Below are positions 9,993-20,324 of a stretch of 64,000 nucleotides of DNA, piece by piece; position 1 is the stretch's first letter; every line of letters begins with the position of its first letter. Below the pieces are notes generated by a model. It did not search any database, was not told the DNA's origin, and saw only the letters and a list, made by a program, of their open reading frames with translations. The DNA is taken from contig CH464491.1 of NCBI GenBank assembly GCA_000002445.1, forward strand, positions 3,776,001 through 3,840,000, read 5' to 3'. The DNA comes from Trypanosoma brucei. Lineage: Eukaryota. The position numbers and the translations under genes were made by a program.

Positions 9993-12503
9993 ATGGGATC
10001 CCTATTCAAGCTACGTGACCATTGGTACACTAGGTATGGCGGGGAAGAGTTTAGTCACACACAGCCACTCGCTGTGGGAAATATTGACAATCATGCAAGT
10101 GGGGAGAACAAAATAATTATAGGTTCTTTTTCGGGGTTGCTACGCATTATGCAACCAATGAAGAAGGGTGCGGCCTTACCGGAAGATACACTTCTCGAAA
10201 AGGACCTTGGTGAACCAATCCTGCAGCTAGCATGTCGTCCCTTAGAGTTGAACTCTAAAGGAGTTGCAGCAAACCTATTAGCTGTGCTATTCCCCAAACG
10301 TCTCGCCCTTTTCCGTGTTAGGTGTGGGAAAACTAGGAGTGGAGAAAAGGAAAATTCTGGTGCCTTTAACGCGTCATGTAGCATTCACCTATGTTATAAA
10401 ACGTCCTTGGAGGGACATGCATACAATTTCACGTGTGGTGCTTTTGGTGGTGCTAAGCATGAGATGGTGTGCGTGCAGTCGATGGACGGCCAACTCACTA
10501 TCGTTGATCGCAACCTAGTTTTACTGCGGTTCCTTCTTCCAGAGAAGGAATTTCTTTTGCCGGGGTGTTTAACATACTGCCGTAATAGAGATTGCTTCCT
10601 CACGTGCAACTCCTCAATGAAGGTTCTGTGCTACAAATTTAGTGCGCTTACCAACGACCAGCCACAGACGGAAACTCAGGGCGGCGCTCTCAAGAGCATT
10701 AAGTCTGAGGAACACAAGGAAACTTTGACACCCTTGTGGGCGTTTCCGTTAGGTGAGGATGCAATTGCCATTGAAGTGTGTCGTTTTTCCCGTGGACTTG
10801 CAGAAAACGACGCTGACATCGTTATATTATGTCAGTACGCTTTGTTCGTTCTTAAGCTTAACGGCCAGATGCGGTATTCGAAGCGCCTGGACGTGGCGGG
10901 ATTGTGCCTTACCTCCTACGACGTACCTGCCGCCGGGGCGTCCAATGTCCTCGTTGGAACCGCAACTGGTTCGGTTTTAGTGTTTTCTGATACGTCACTC
11001 GAGTGGAGTGCAAAAATGACTGAGGGTGTTCCCTTGTGCATGGAAGTGACACAACTGATGGAGATGCAAGGGCTTGTTGTATCACTGAACACGGAAGGAA
11101 CTGTTGCAGTCAATTATCTTGGCACGGATCCGGAGGAGGAGCCAATTCAACCACTGCAGAGCAAAGAGGTAGATTACGCTGAAGCTGTTGATGAACTTCG
11201 ACGGGTGCAGCAAGCCATCAAGCGAATAACAAACGCGGAAGATGGTACGAGCAAGACGCGGGAGGCAGAAAAGGTATTGGAGGTGACTTGGGATGTTATT
11301 GGAGATGAAGAGAATTCTCCTGCAGAGGTCGTGGTGCTTCTAGTAATTCGAAATTGCAGCAAAGACATGACGGCGTTCCGAGTCACAGCACTTCTGCAGG
11401 TTGTAATACCTATTGAAGTGGATGCTCATAAACACACCATAGAGAGCATCACACCGGGTGGCAGTGCCCGCATTACAGTGCGATTCAGCACACCAAGCAG
11501 TCTAAATTATGTCATTCCCTCTTCCCTTGACGCACGAGTTGTGATCCTGTACACATGTGGCCGCACCACCGGGTGTAGTGTAGGTACCACTATACATCTT
11601 CCCTTTACCCTTGTGGCCCAGCCGATACCTTATGTGGATGCTTCAAATTTTGTGTTACAGTTTGACACAAACAAATCTGAACCCCCATCACTCATAGACG
11701 TCTTCACCGATTTTGCGCAAAGCGAGCACATATCGTCCAACTTGCTAGCAATACAGTACGTAAACGGTGCGCACGCAGTCCTTTTCGTATCGAGGAATGC
11801 TGGGAGGTTTCGATTGCAAGCCTCAACAATGGAGGCGTTGTGGCTCTTTACCTTCGAGTTACATGCAAGGTTACTTACTTTTTATGATTCGGAGGTGCAG
11901 TTCACCTTTCCAAATCCTATCCCATTGGATGATTACTTTCGGGTGATTGATGAGCACGTTGAGACGAGGAAGCAGCTCAACACGGCGAAGAATACACTTG
12001 CGCGGGCTTCTCAAATGTTTTTCGCAGTGCAAAAGCGTCTCTTGGCTCTTTTTCGCACTAACAGTTCAACATCTGTTGCACTAACAAGTACTCTGTTGGG
12101 GGCTTGCTACGGTAACCTTCAGCGGTGCACAGACACCGTTTGTCGACTTATCTTGCAAAGGAAAAAGGCGGCAGCATCACTGTGCTGCTGCTCAAGACTC
12201 GTTGTAATGGATTTGCTAATAAAGTGCCAAAAGACGCTGACTGATCCCGAGGATATTCATCTCATCGAGTCGATCTTTACATGTTCCATTGACGCTGATG
12301 ACGAATTAGACTGGGAAGAGAGCACCGATGCAGCGCTGGGTCGGCTTGTCGTAGGTAATAAAGGAAGCTGTGACTTCATACCGGCAGATCTTTCCGCCAA
12401 CGATGGTATGTTTGTAGAACCCAACGTCGAGCGCTTGAGGAAGCGGATTACTGAGTTTTTCGACAAACTTCTCAGTGGAGCATTGACCTCCTTCCTGAAG
12501 TGA
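9993..12503 (+). CDS. BBS9: BBSome subunit BBS9 / PTHB1 homologue (ciliary/flagellar trafficking)
   Basis: ATG at 9993. The N-terminus 'MGSLFKLRDHWYTRYGGEEF...VGNIDNHASGENKIIIGSFSGLLRIMQP' parallels human BBS9 'MSLFKARDWWST...DKEEF...VDNSGNGQDKIIVGSFMGYLRIFSP' (recalled from memory). Two later blocks also match: 'FGGAKHEMVCVQSMDGQLTIV' against 'FGGVKGRDLICIQSMDGMLMVF', and 'NYLGTDPEEEP' against 'SYLGTDP'. Confidence 0.8.
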   Translation: MGSLFKLRDHWYTRYGGEEFSHTQPLAVGNIDNHASGENKIIIGSFSGLLRIMQPMKKGAALPEDTLLEKDLGEPILQLACRPLELNSKGVAANLLAVLFPKRLALFRVRCGKTRSGEKENSGAFNASCSIHLCYKTSLEGHAYNFTCGAFGGAKHEMVCVQSMDGQLTIVDRNLVLLRFLLPEKEFLLPGCLTYCRNRDCFLTCNSSMKVLCYKFSALTNDQPQTETQGGALKSIKSEEHKETLTPLWAFPLGEDAIAIEVCRFSRGLAENDADIVILCQYALFVLKLNGQMRYSKRLDVAGLCLTSYDVPAAGASNVLVGTATGSVLVFSDTSLEWSAKMTEGVPLCMEVTQLMEMQGLVVSLNTEGTVAVNYLGTDPEEEPIQPLQSKEVDYAEAVDELRRVQQAIKRITNAEDGTSKTREAEKVLEVTWDVIGDEENSPAEVVVLLVIRNCSKDMTAFRVTALLQVVIPIEVDAHKHTIESITPGGSARITVRFSTPSSLNYVIPSSLDARVVILYTCGRTTGCSVGTTIHLPFTLVAQPIPYVDASNFVLQFDTNKSEPPSLIDVFTDFAQSEHISSNLLAIQYVNGAHAVLFVSRNAGRFRLQASTMEALWLFTFELHARLLTFYDSEVQFTFPNPIPLDDYFRVIDEHVETRKQLNTAKNTLARASQMFFAVQKRLLALFRTNSSTSVALTSTLLGACYGNLQRCTDTVCRLILQRKKAAASLCCCSRLVVMDLLIKCQKTLTDPEDIHLIESIFTCSIDADDELDWEESTDAALGRLVVGNKGSCDFIPADLSANDGMFVEPNVERLRKRITEFFDKLLSGALTSFLK

Positions 12504-12850
12504 GTATAAATGACGCTACCACCTGCGTTGGATCTTTTTGCGAACATCCGACCCACGCGCGGACAAATATGCAAAGTTTGAAAAAAACAGAAAGAAACGG
12601 AGCCGACAATGCGTCGAGTGGCGATTTCACATTTTTGTTTTCCGTCTTGGTTTGCCGTCAGCTACTTTGGAGAATTTCTCTGTGCTAAATTGTTGTTACC
12701 ACTGTTTCATTTTCATTTTTTTCCTTTCCGACGGCTACAGCTTTGCCCCCTTTTCCCTTTCAATTTATCCTTTCCTGCTCCCCAAATCCCCTTGAGAGGA
12801 AGATCTTCAGTGTCTCCTTGTATTACTGGGAAGGGGGCGAAGACGAAGAA

Positions 12851-14179
12851 ATGGCTAGTGTTTTACCATCCGCTCCACCGGGATCGGCTGTTATTTCCTC
12901 TAAGAGGAGGTCTCGAAGGGGCGCTCAAAGGTTGGCAGGCAAGCAACCCGATGTCAAACATATTGGTGTAAGTCAAACGGTTATTGACAGACTCGATTTG
13001 ATGAGTTTACACCAGGAGCTCCTGGAAACATTTTCCACATTTGACGTGCAAGGGGGGATGCGGCGGAAGGGTCAAAGGGGATCCTTTGCCTCTAAATTCA
13101 ACCATGTACCCATAGCAAAAGGAATCGTGAACAGAACTAATTCTTGTTTTATGAACGCAATGCTCCAGGCAATAATTTTTACCCCGCCCCTTGCTCAATT
13201 GATCATTTCTGCTTCCGACAGTGAGTTGTGCCCAACACTCTCTGCGTTAGGCAAGTGGATGTTGAGTTATTGGACGAAACCAGCTAATCAATCTATTAGC
13301 CCCCCTCAACTCTCCGTTGCTCAGTCTGCAAATGAGGGAGTCGCCTCGACGTACTTGCTGTTGGCCAGAATGAACGGCTATGCGCAAGAAGATGCGCTTG
13401 AGTTTTTACAGCATCTTCTCGATACGATAAATACTGAGCTGTGCTCTTTGGAAAAACATTACTGTAATCGTGCTGCGATTGATAGTGGCGATGAAAAAGG
13501 ATGGACATTTGTGCATGGGCGTGAGCGCCGATCGTTGCGCGAGGAGAAAACAGGACCCCACTCGATTCTACTCGACGCTGTGTTTGGTGGTACGATACAA
13601 AGCCACTTGAAGGGAAAGAGCCGTGTCCGAAGCCACGCCTCCGTTGTTTTAGATCGCTTCTTTGTGTTACAGGTTGATGTTGGTTTTAATGCTGAGTGCA
13701 CGTTGGAGGAGGCCCTCGAACGCACACTCCAGACAGAGAAAGTGTACGATGATTCACGTGCGAAAGACTTGGTAAAGACAATGAAACTGCACCAGCTGCC
13801 GCTAGTGCTCTTCGCCCAACTACGGAGATGGGCCGTGACAGCTGAGGGTGAACTTGTAAAACTCGATAACATTGTACGCTTTGGAAAGACGCTGGTGTTG
13901 CCCAAGTCTATATGCTCGGATGAAACGTTGAGCGGGACGGCAAGAACGTATCAACTTGTTGCGTTTGTGGCTCACCGTGGCTCCGCGACGGGTTGTGGCC
14001 ATTATGTGACGTATATTGTGAACGCGTCTTTACCTGAGAACGCGCGTTCTAATTCATTGGTTACCGGGGGAGAAGAAGTGCTTACACTCTGCAATGACGT
14101 GCGGATTTCACATGTCACCATGCGGGAGGCGATTGAAGGCGAAGCGGCGTACTTGTTAGTGTACCAGCGCAAGACATGA
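12851..14179 (+). CDS. Ubiquitin carboxyl-terminal hydrolase (USP/UBP family deubiquitinase)
   Basis: The track start at 12743 is TTG, and the first in-frame ATG is at 12851 (MASVLPS...). The Cys box 'GIVNRTNSCFMNAMLQAI' is present. The His box 'YQLVAFVAHRGSATGCGHYVTYI' lies near the C-terminus. Confidence 0.85.
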   Translation: MASVLPSAPPGSAVISSKRRSRRGAQRLAGKQPDVKHIGVSQTVIDRLDLMSLHQELLETFSTFDVQGGMRRKGQRGSFASKFNHVPIAKGIVNRTNSCFMNAMLQAIIFTPPLAQLIISASDSELCPTLSALGKWMLSYWTKPANQSISPPQLSVAQSANEGVASTYLLLARMNGYAQEDALEFLQHLLDTINTELCSLEKHYCNRAAIDSGDEKGWTFVHGRERRSLREEKTGPHSILLDAVFGGTIQSHLKGKSRVRSHASVVLDRFFVLQVDVGFNAECTLEEALERTLQTEKVYDDSRAKDLVKTMKLHQLPLVLFAQLRRWAVTAEGELVKLDNIVRFGKTLVLPKSICSDETLSGTARTYQLVAFVAHRGSATGCGHYVTYIVNASLPENARSNSLVTGGEEVLTLCNDVRISHVTMREAIEGEAAYLLVYQRKT

Positions 14180-14399
14180 AATTTGTCTTTTTATCGTAGT
14201 TCATGTGAGTATGCGAGATGAACTGTATAAGTGTACTTTCTCGTTGCTTCACGCCACGTGTATATATTATATACTGAGGACGAATTTAAACACCGCTTCT
14301 GCTTGTGCAAATGTGTGACTCATTATTTGTGGGTTAAATGTACCGGCTCCCATACCTTCGCTTGTAGTTGTGGTTTTCGAATGGTGAACCACTCGAAGG

Positions 14400-14452
14400 A
14401 GTAGTTTTCTCTCCTCTTTTTTTTTTTTTTACCTCTCTTTCTTTTTTTTCGT
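14400..14452. promoter_or_regulatory. Long poly(dT)/polypyrimidine tract of the kind that directs trans-splicing and polyadenylation between trypanosomatid genes (one example of many in the window)
   Basis: Read directly: 'gtagttttctctcctctttttttttttttacctctctttcttttttttc', lying between the USP gene and the Rpb7-like gene. Confidence 0.4.
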
Positions 14453-14621
14453 GTAGGTGATCGTGTAGAAGTTTAGCTTCCGCGTTTCACGGTACATATT
14501 TTCCGTACGTGCACCAGCAAGTGCACATAAAAAGACCTGTGATTCCTGCGTGTGTGAATAAAAATTTTAGAGTCCAGACTCTGGAGTACAGACGCTGTGG
14601 AGCTGTAAAGAAAAAGAAGGT

Positions 14622-15194
14622 ATGTTCTACAAAATGAAATTGGAGAGGAATATAAAAGTGGAGCCTCATCTTCTAGAGCGGACCTTACACCGCCATCTTG
14701 AAGAGTACCTTCGTAAGGCGGTTGAGGGGACGCCGCTGCACCTATCGCTAGGAAATGCGTTGCGAAGTGGTTTGGCCCGCACAAATCAGAATTCTTCGGC
14801 GGTCATTATTGCCGTCCTCGACATATTAAACACAAGTTCGCTGGAAGGAAGGGTGTTGGATGACGGGAGCGTGTCCTTCTTCGTGAAGTACGAGGGGCTT
14901 GTGTTTAAACTTCACCGTGGTGAGGTAATTGACGTGATAGTCAGTAGTGTGGAGCGTGAGGGCTGGTGGGGTGACGTAATGGGCGTCGGGCGCATGTACA
15001 TTAGTCGTGGACAAATGGGCAATGAGTGGGTTTACGAAAGTGATGGTATGAGGGGTATTTGGATCACAAAAGATGGCGCACGGTCCGTAAAGGAGGGGGA
15101 AATTGTTCGCGTACGTGTGGTTGCGGAGACACCACAGTCGGAAGGCGTACTGGCAGTTGGTTCGATGGTAGGGAATTATTTAGGACCACTGTAG
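14622..15194 (+). CDS. DNA-directed RNA polymerase subunit of the Rpb7/Rpc25/Rpa43 family (N-terminal RNP-like fold plus S1-like fold)
   Basis: ATG at 14622, 190 aa. The start 'MFYKMKLERNIKVEPHLL...' follows the canonical Rpb7 opening ('MFF..L...I.LHP..'). It is followed by a 'GEVIDVIVSSVEREGWWGDV' S1-like segment. Which polymerase it belongs to cannot be decided by eye. Confidence 0.55.
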   Translation: MFYKMKLERNIKVEPHLLERTLHRHLEEYLRKAVEGTPLHLSLGNALRSGLARTNQNSSAVIIAVLDILNTSSLEGRVLDDGSVSFFVKYEGLVFKLHRGEVIDVIVSSVEREGWWGDVMGVGRMYISRGQMGNEWVYESDGMRGIWITKDGARSVKEGEIVRVRVVAETPQSEGVLAVGSMVGNYLGPL

Positions 15195-15468
15195 TGTTGA
15201 TTGTAATGAAAGTGGCAAACTGAGAGAAATGTGGATGAGGAAATGCAAGAACAGCGGAGAGGGACTGAATCACAGTTTTAAATGATTATAAATGCATATA
15301 TGCATCTTTCAGTCAACGCATGCGCGGACTTGTGCACATACAGTGCTATCGGCTATTTTTTAGAACATGTGCGTTTGTGCAAATGATGACTTCTACCTCT
15401 ACTAGTGACTAGTCTTTATTTTCCTAAATATTTTCTTCTGGTTAAGTGTATTGTAAACTAAAGGAGAG

Positions 15469-15759
15469 ATGCAACATGACAATGTTGGAGACCGGGAGTC
15501 GAAGCGCACCAGTGAGTTAGACGACAAGAGGCGTTCTGCGTATCGATGGTCACTTGCGATACTTGGACTGGCCACTGTTGTTACCTTTGCATTCGCCTGG
15601 CGGAAGTTGTACCGATTTAACCAACGTGAGTTGGTTTTGCAACGGAAACTGCAAATGGATAGGTCACTTGCCGCCGCTCTGGCGGAGGTGCCCGGTCGCC
15701 GTTTTACGGTAATGGATGTAAACCCAGAAGCTCTCCGTAAGAGCGCACTAATCACATGA
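15469..15759 (+). CDS. Candidate small (96 aa) single-pass membrane protein, hypothetical
   Basis: ATG verified at 15469, preceded by a polypyrimidine tract and an AG (a plausible trans-splice signal). One predicted TM helix 'WSLAILGLATVVTFAFAW' has balanced non-repetitive composition. It sits in an otherwise empty 1.3 kb spacer on the coding strand. Confidence 0.25.
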   Translation: MQHDNVGDRESKRTSELDDKRRSAYRWSLAILGLATVVTFAFAWRKLYRFNQRELVLQRKLQMDRSLAAALAEVPGRRFTVMDVNPEALRKSALIT

Positions 15760-16528
15760 AAGAAGCGTAGAACAGACATTGTTCTGCGGGCGATGCCGCG
15801 ATGGGGAAGATGATTGTGTCAAATGTGCCACTTTAGTCTTTATCGTTCCTGCGCATATTGTTCAAAGTTTTTCTTAATCTTTTTTTTCTACTCGGCGCGG
15901 ACGAAATTATAGCATATATATATATACATATTGCCCTGTTAACGCGTTTACGTTAGTTTTTCTGAGCTTCCTGTTCACTAACAGTGCAAGAACCATCAAG
16001 CGGCACTTAAAGTTTTCTCTGCGTGCTCTTCTTCTGTTGTATACACATATGTGTGGCTTGTGATAATGATTTAGTACGTTACATAGAGTTAGGAGCTGTG
16101 ATAGTTGGTTGAGAGTGGTTGTGTACCTGTTTTGAGCAGCGTGCGTGAGAAGCACCCGTTAGCTGCTATACTGGTTTCACAACAGGCATCAAAACGCAAC
16201 GCGCAAACTGAATAAGGTGAGTTGAGGGAATAACAGGAGATATTCAGTTTGTTGAGAGCTGCCGATTTTGAACCTCACCAAGGTAAAATAATAATAGTGG
16301 ATCCGCATCTTCCCTCTTGAGGTAGTGGTAGTGAGCGAGCGTTAGCAATACGGTCGTGTCACTCTTTGCAAGGGAAAAGGTGGGGACGTGTAACCAACCT
16401 TGTCCTTTACACACGACTCCGTGTTTTGTTACCTCACAACCACGTTTCATTCACCGCTGAGACGTGACCACTGAAGTCACATATACTCTTGCTGATAGGT
16501 GAGAAAGGTGATTGTGGGTTTCTTGGTA

Positions 16529-17809
16529 ATGTCAAGCGGTTGCGCACCACATTACCGAACTAATTTATGTCCACCATTACGCGAACTGAAAAGCAACGGT
16601 GAAGAAGTCGATACTTATGCAAATATGTGGCAGTACCATTGTGAGCGTCGCGGGGAAATCCAGGTTGGTGAAACGATTGGCTACGGCGGTGACCGTGGTT
16701 CTATGGTCTACAGCGTCGTGCGTTGTTGTTCTCCAGGACTAAGCAGCGTGAACTGCCAACTTGTTCTTAAAGTGTACTCTACGGAGATCAACGAGAATGA
16801 ATTTGAGTTTATTAAAATACTTTTGGGACTCGATGATCATCAGTCAGAGGATGCAGTTATGCGGAAAAGCATATGCCGGACACTGCCGTACTTGGTGTTG
16901 CCCATGGCGACCGTCCGTGTTGATGGAGTCGATCGTGGAATTCTCATGGCGAAACGAGAAAGGAACCTAAAGGAGTTACTCATCTATGCATCAAAGCGAC
17001 ACGGGAGCAGAGGTAATGCCATAATAAATCGCTGTGATGACACTATGGGTAACCAAGAAAGTAGGGAGGGTGTGAACTACCAGCGAACTGCGTTTCGCTG
17101 GAAGAAGGACTTTTTACCAATTCTACAGATGGAGGTCATCATCGCCATCTCGTTTCAACTCGTACTTGCAACCGCTTGTTTGAATGAGGAGCTTCCTCAC
17201 ACTGTGAGCGGCATTTCCTACAGTGGTTTCGCGCACAATGATATTCATCTTGAAAACATACTAGTGGAGGAAAAGGAAGGTCGTGTTGCTCTCTGTGATT
17301 TTGAACTCGTAAGTTCAAGCCCAGGAAGCAGTAGTGACAAAGGACCGCGACTTCAGCCACCACAAAGGAGACTTCCGCCTCCGTGCAGGCGTTCTCCACG
17401 TGACTTCTTCTGCCGGAAAGCAGACTCATGGGGCATTGGTCTTGTAATCATTTCACTTCTTACGGGCATTGATCCACTTTTTGATAGCACTGTTGTGTTG
17501 GATGATTTCGGTGAGGGCCCAATACTTAGGAGTCATGAATTCTACAAGGGCAACCTTCAGGTGCTTGACTGGGAGCAGAATATAAAACCGCACGTGGAGA
17601 AGCTACTTATTCACGATGATCCAACTGGCAGACGACTGAAGGAGGCGCAACCCCTTCTACATTTGTGCTCTAAATGCCTCGTGAATAACCCTCGAGCAGA
17701 CCCGTGTATTCCAATCGAGTTACTTTCCGATCCTGTCTTCAGTTGTTTCGTCAGCAAAGAGAAGGTGTCTGAAAATATCTTGATCTCGTGGATAAAGCAG
17801 ATTGGTTAA
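16529..17809 (+). CDS. Protein kinase-like protein with degenerate catalytic motifs (probable atypical kinase or pseudokinase)
   Basis: The track start at 16499 is GTG, and the first ATG is at 16529. A kinase fold is supported by 'VLKVY' (the VAIK-like Lys), the catalytic loop 'HNDIHLENILV' and 'ALCDFEL'. The catalytic-loop Lys is replaced by His and DFG by DFE. Further features are a long insert between subdomains and a Pro/Arg-rich insert after DFE. Confidence 0.6.
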   Translation: MSSGCAPHYRTNLCPPLRELKSNGEEVDTYANMWQYHCERRGEIQVGETIGYGGDRGSMVYSVVRCCSPGLSSVNCQLVLKVYSTEINENEFEFIKILLGLDDHQSEDAVMRKSICRTLPYLVLPMATVRVDGVDRGILMAKRERNLKELLIYASKRHGSRGNAIINRCDDTMGNQESREGVNYQRTAFRWKKDFLPILQMEVIIAISFQLVLATACLNEELPHTVSGISYSGFAHNDIHLENILVEEKEGRVALCDFELVSSSPGSSSDKGPRLQPPQRRLPPPCRRSPRDFFCRKADSWGIGLVIISLLTGIDPLFDSTVVLDDFGEGPILRSHEFYKGNLQVLDWEQNIKPHVEKLLIHDDPTGRRLKEAQPLLHLCSKCLVNNPRADPCIPIELLSDPVFSCFVSKEKVSENILISWIKQIG

Positions 17810-18152
17810 AAGTACTGGTGTTGGTGGAATATGTAATTTGTGGGGATTTGAACAAGTTACATGAGCGTTTCTTTCCTATATGTTGGTCTCTATCCATGTA
17901 CTAACATCGTATGAGGCATTTTTCATTAGCTGCATTTTCGTTGCATCTCCTCTTCACCAAAGTCTCATGTGAATGGAGAATATGAGGGATGTAATTGTAT
18001 TTTGCTGCGCAGCTACGCACCACGTTAGTCACCCATATGACTGTCTCATCTCCGGTAGGGCTGTAAAAGGAGTGACACAAATTGACGATGTAACTTCGTC
18101 CTTTGGCATGTGGTGTGTTGGTGTTCTTTTTATGAGGTGAATATGTGTCGTT

Positions 18153-18182
18153 TTTTGTTGTTGTTTTTGTTGTTGTTGTTGT
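18153..18182. repeat. (GTT)n microsatellite
   Basis: Read directly: 'ttgttgttgtttttgttgttgttgttgtc'. Confidence 0.85.
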
Positions 18183-18554
18183 CGCGTCTGTGCGGCTGGG
18201 TGTGATGGGGGAGGGCCACATGCGGTGGTGTGACATGCCGCTAACTAATGTGCATATATAAGCATGCAAGTGGTGAGAAACATGCTGTACCCTGATGCAC
18301 GTTGTGTGTGAATGGACTGTTGGAAGAGTTGACGTTTCCGTCTTGGGAAGAGAGCTGAAACGTTTGTATATTTTTCTTTTTTTTGTTTTGCCTCTCATAT
18401 CCAGGATATTTTATCTTAATAGTGAGGCTTGTGCACTTGGCAAAGCGTAATGTCCCAGAGGCCCAGCAACACAACATTTTGTTTTATGCACGATCTAGTG
18501 TGCCAATGATAGTGTTATGGGTAGCGAGAACATTAGTGAGTCTACAAGCGATAG

Positions 18555-18589
18555 GTGTGTGCGCGCGCTCGCGTGTGTGTGTGTGTGTG
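18555..18589. repeat. (GT)n / (GC)n alternating purine-pyrimidine tract
   Basis: Read directly: 'gtgtgtgcgcgcgctcgcgtgtgtgtgtgtgtgtg'. Confidence 0.85.
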
Positions 18590-18699
18590 ATAAAGGAACA
18601 ACGAGGGAAGAGGGCGAAAAAAAAACAAAGCAAGATTGGGAGCTTCAGCTCTCTCTATATTTGGTTGCATGAGAAAAAGAGGTCCGGCGGTGTGTGCGT

Positions 18700-18735
18700 G
18701 GGCAGGGGAGGGGGAAGGGGAGGCGGAGTGGGAAT
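18700..18735. repeat. G-rich tract with at least 4 G-runs (G-quadruplex-capable)
   Basis: Read directly: 'ggcaggggagggggaaggggaggcggagtggg'. Confidence 0.7.
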
Positions 18736-19541
18736 GCGGCAGTAAAGTTGTTGACCAATATTAATACTTCGCGTGTGTAAGATGTTAGACTCCTCTCTTT
18801 TTATTTTGACCCGCTTGTACCTGCGTGGGGAGACCCGTCTCGCACTTTCTTTCCCTCCATTGACCTTTTCTTCATCTTTGCTGTTTTGCTTCCGCGCTCC
18901 CTTGTCTTTCTTTCATTTGGATACCGTCGTTTCCCTGTTATTACGCGGCACACCATTACAGTGAAGATTGCAACCTTCTTGGCAACAAATTGTTTAGGGA
19001 AGAACAATAATATTGTTGTGTGAAAAAAGGCGCTTTGACACTGCGATATGTCACGCGCCACTCTGCTTTGACCGCATAGGCAAATGAATGTTTCGTCATT
19101 AACCTTTCTATTGACATTTTGTTCTGCTTGTTAGTGATTTTTTTTTCTATTTTATTGGTGTATTTACCTGTGTTCCAAAACTCAGTCGTTCGTACACCTG
19201 CCTCGTTGCAATTTGAGGTCCGTTTCGCATGTGTTTCTTCATAAAAGCTCTCCATACGTGTCCCTTCCCTCCCTCCAGGCAGCACTCTTAAAATCATCAT
19301 TGATTTTTTGTGCACATGTTGTCTTCATTCCTTCGTGTATGTTTCCTGCTCGACCTACTTTTTGTTCAACCCAACTGGCAATCTTCCGTCACATCCTTTC
19401 ACTTTGGTTGATCTATTGTTATCCTTTTCGATATATGTGTATGCGTTTGCATGGAATTGGGCTCATAATCATTATACTAGCGTAGCCACATTATCACTGT
19501 AATACCGTGGCTGGGGAAGAGTGTAACTTAGTTCCTGGGCT

Positions 19542-20324
19542 ATGTTACGGCATTTGTTCCGATGTACTGCGGCTTGGGCCCCAAAGCGGTCGGCCACTCG
19601 AGAGCAGCGGCTTAAGGAGCGTGTGGCAGCCAGAATGGAACTTGAGGCACAGGTTAAATCACGAGTGGCATGTTACCCCCATCGTTCACTAACACGTCCG
19701 GCACTGCGATTAGAAAGACATCAGGTGAATACTCCACTCTTTCATTCGCAACTCCTTAACCTCAACAAGATGGCAACTGACCTTCAGTGTATTTCGTTTA
19801 GCGCACCGAAAGGCCACTGGGATGCTGCCATTGTTCTTATAAAGGGTCATCCAAATGAGGCAAATTTCGAGGTTTGGGTGAACCCCACCGTACCCGGTTA
19901 TGATGATCGTCACTCTATAGCACCAATGTATGGCATGTGGGAAAATTGCATCTCATGCGGAGCCTGTACGGCGTGGGTCATTCGACCACAATCCATCACC
20001 TGCAGTGGCTTGGACGAGTACGGGAACGAGAAAACTGAAGTACTTGATGGCATGCGTGCGCGCTGCCTCATGCATGAGTTGGATCACTTGAGTGGGAGGA
20101 CTATCCTTGATCAGGCACAGGGACCAGAGTTCATCGTAAGTGGAATTGCAATGGGTCAGAGGGATCTGTGGCCCCCAAATTTCCCTTCTGCAGAAGCGTA
20201 TATGACTTCCCCCCATCAGTTCTTTGATTATGTCAAAAACGGACCAATTATCCCACCAGGAATGGAGTGGTTTTATGCGCAAAGTATGAATCAGCAGTTT
20301 GAGGACGCTCGCCTGAGCCACTAA
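19542..20324 (+). CDS. PDF: Peptide deformylase (organellar, metal-dependent)
   Basis: ATG at 19542. The N-terminal 'MLRHLFRCTAAWAPKR' resembles a mitochondrial presequence. Motif 3 'CLMHELDHLSG' (HExxH with the downstream G) is canonical for PDF. The upstream 'ENCISCG' corresponds to the EGCLS motif. Confidence 0.8.
   Translation: MLRHLFRCTAAWAPKRSATREQRLKERVAARMELEAQVKSRVACYPHRSLTRPALRLERHQVNTPLFHSQLLNLNKMATDLQCISFSAPKGHWDAAIVLIKGHPNEANFEVWVNPTVPGYDDRHSIAPMYGMWENCISCGACTAWVIRPQSITCSGLDEYGNEKTEVLDGMRARCLMHELDHLSGRTILDQAQGPEFIVSGIAMGQRDLWPPNFPSAEAYMTSPHQFFDYVKNGPIIPPGMEWFYAQSMNQQFEDARLSH

Noticed and set aside
17901-18398. 165-aa minus-strand ORF inside the + strand unit
   Set aside because: It is antisense to the transcription direction and lies in a microsatellite-rich spacer. 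Its translation is low-complexity (T/K-rich), so it looks like a chance ORF.
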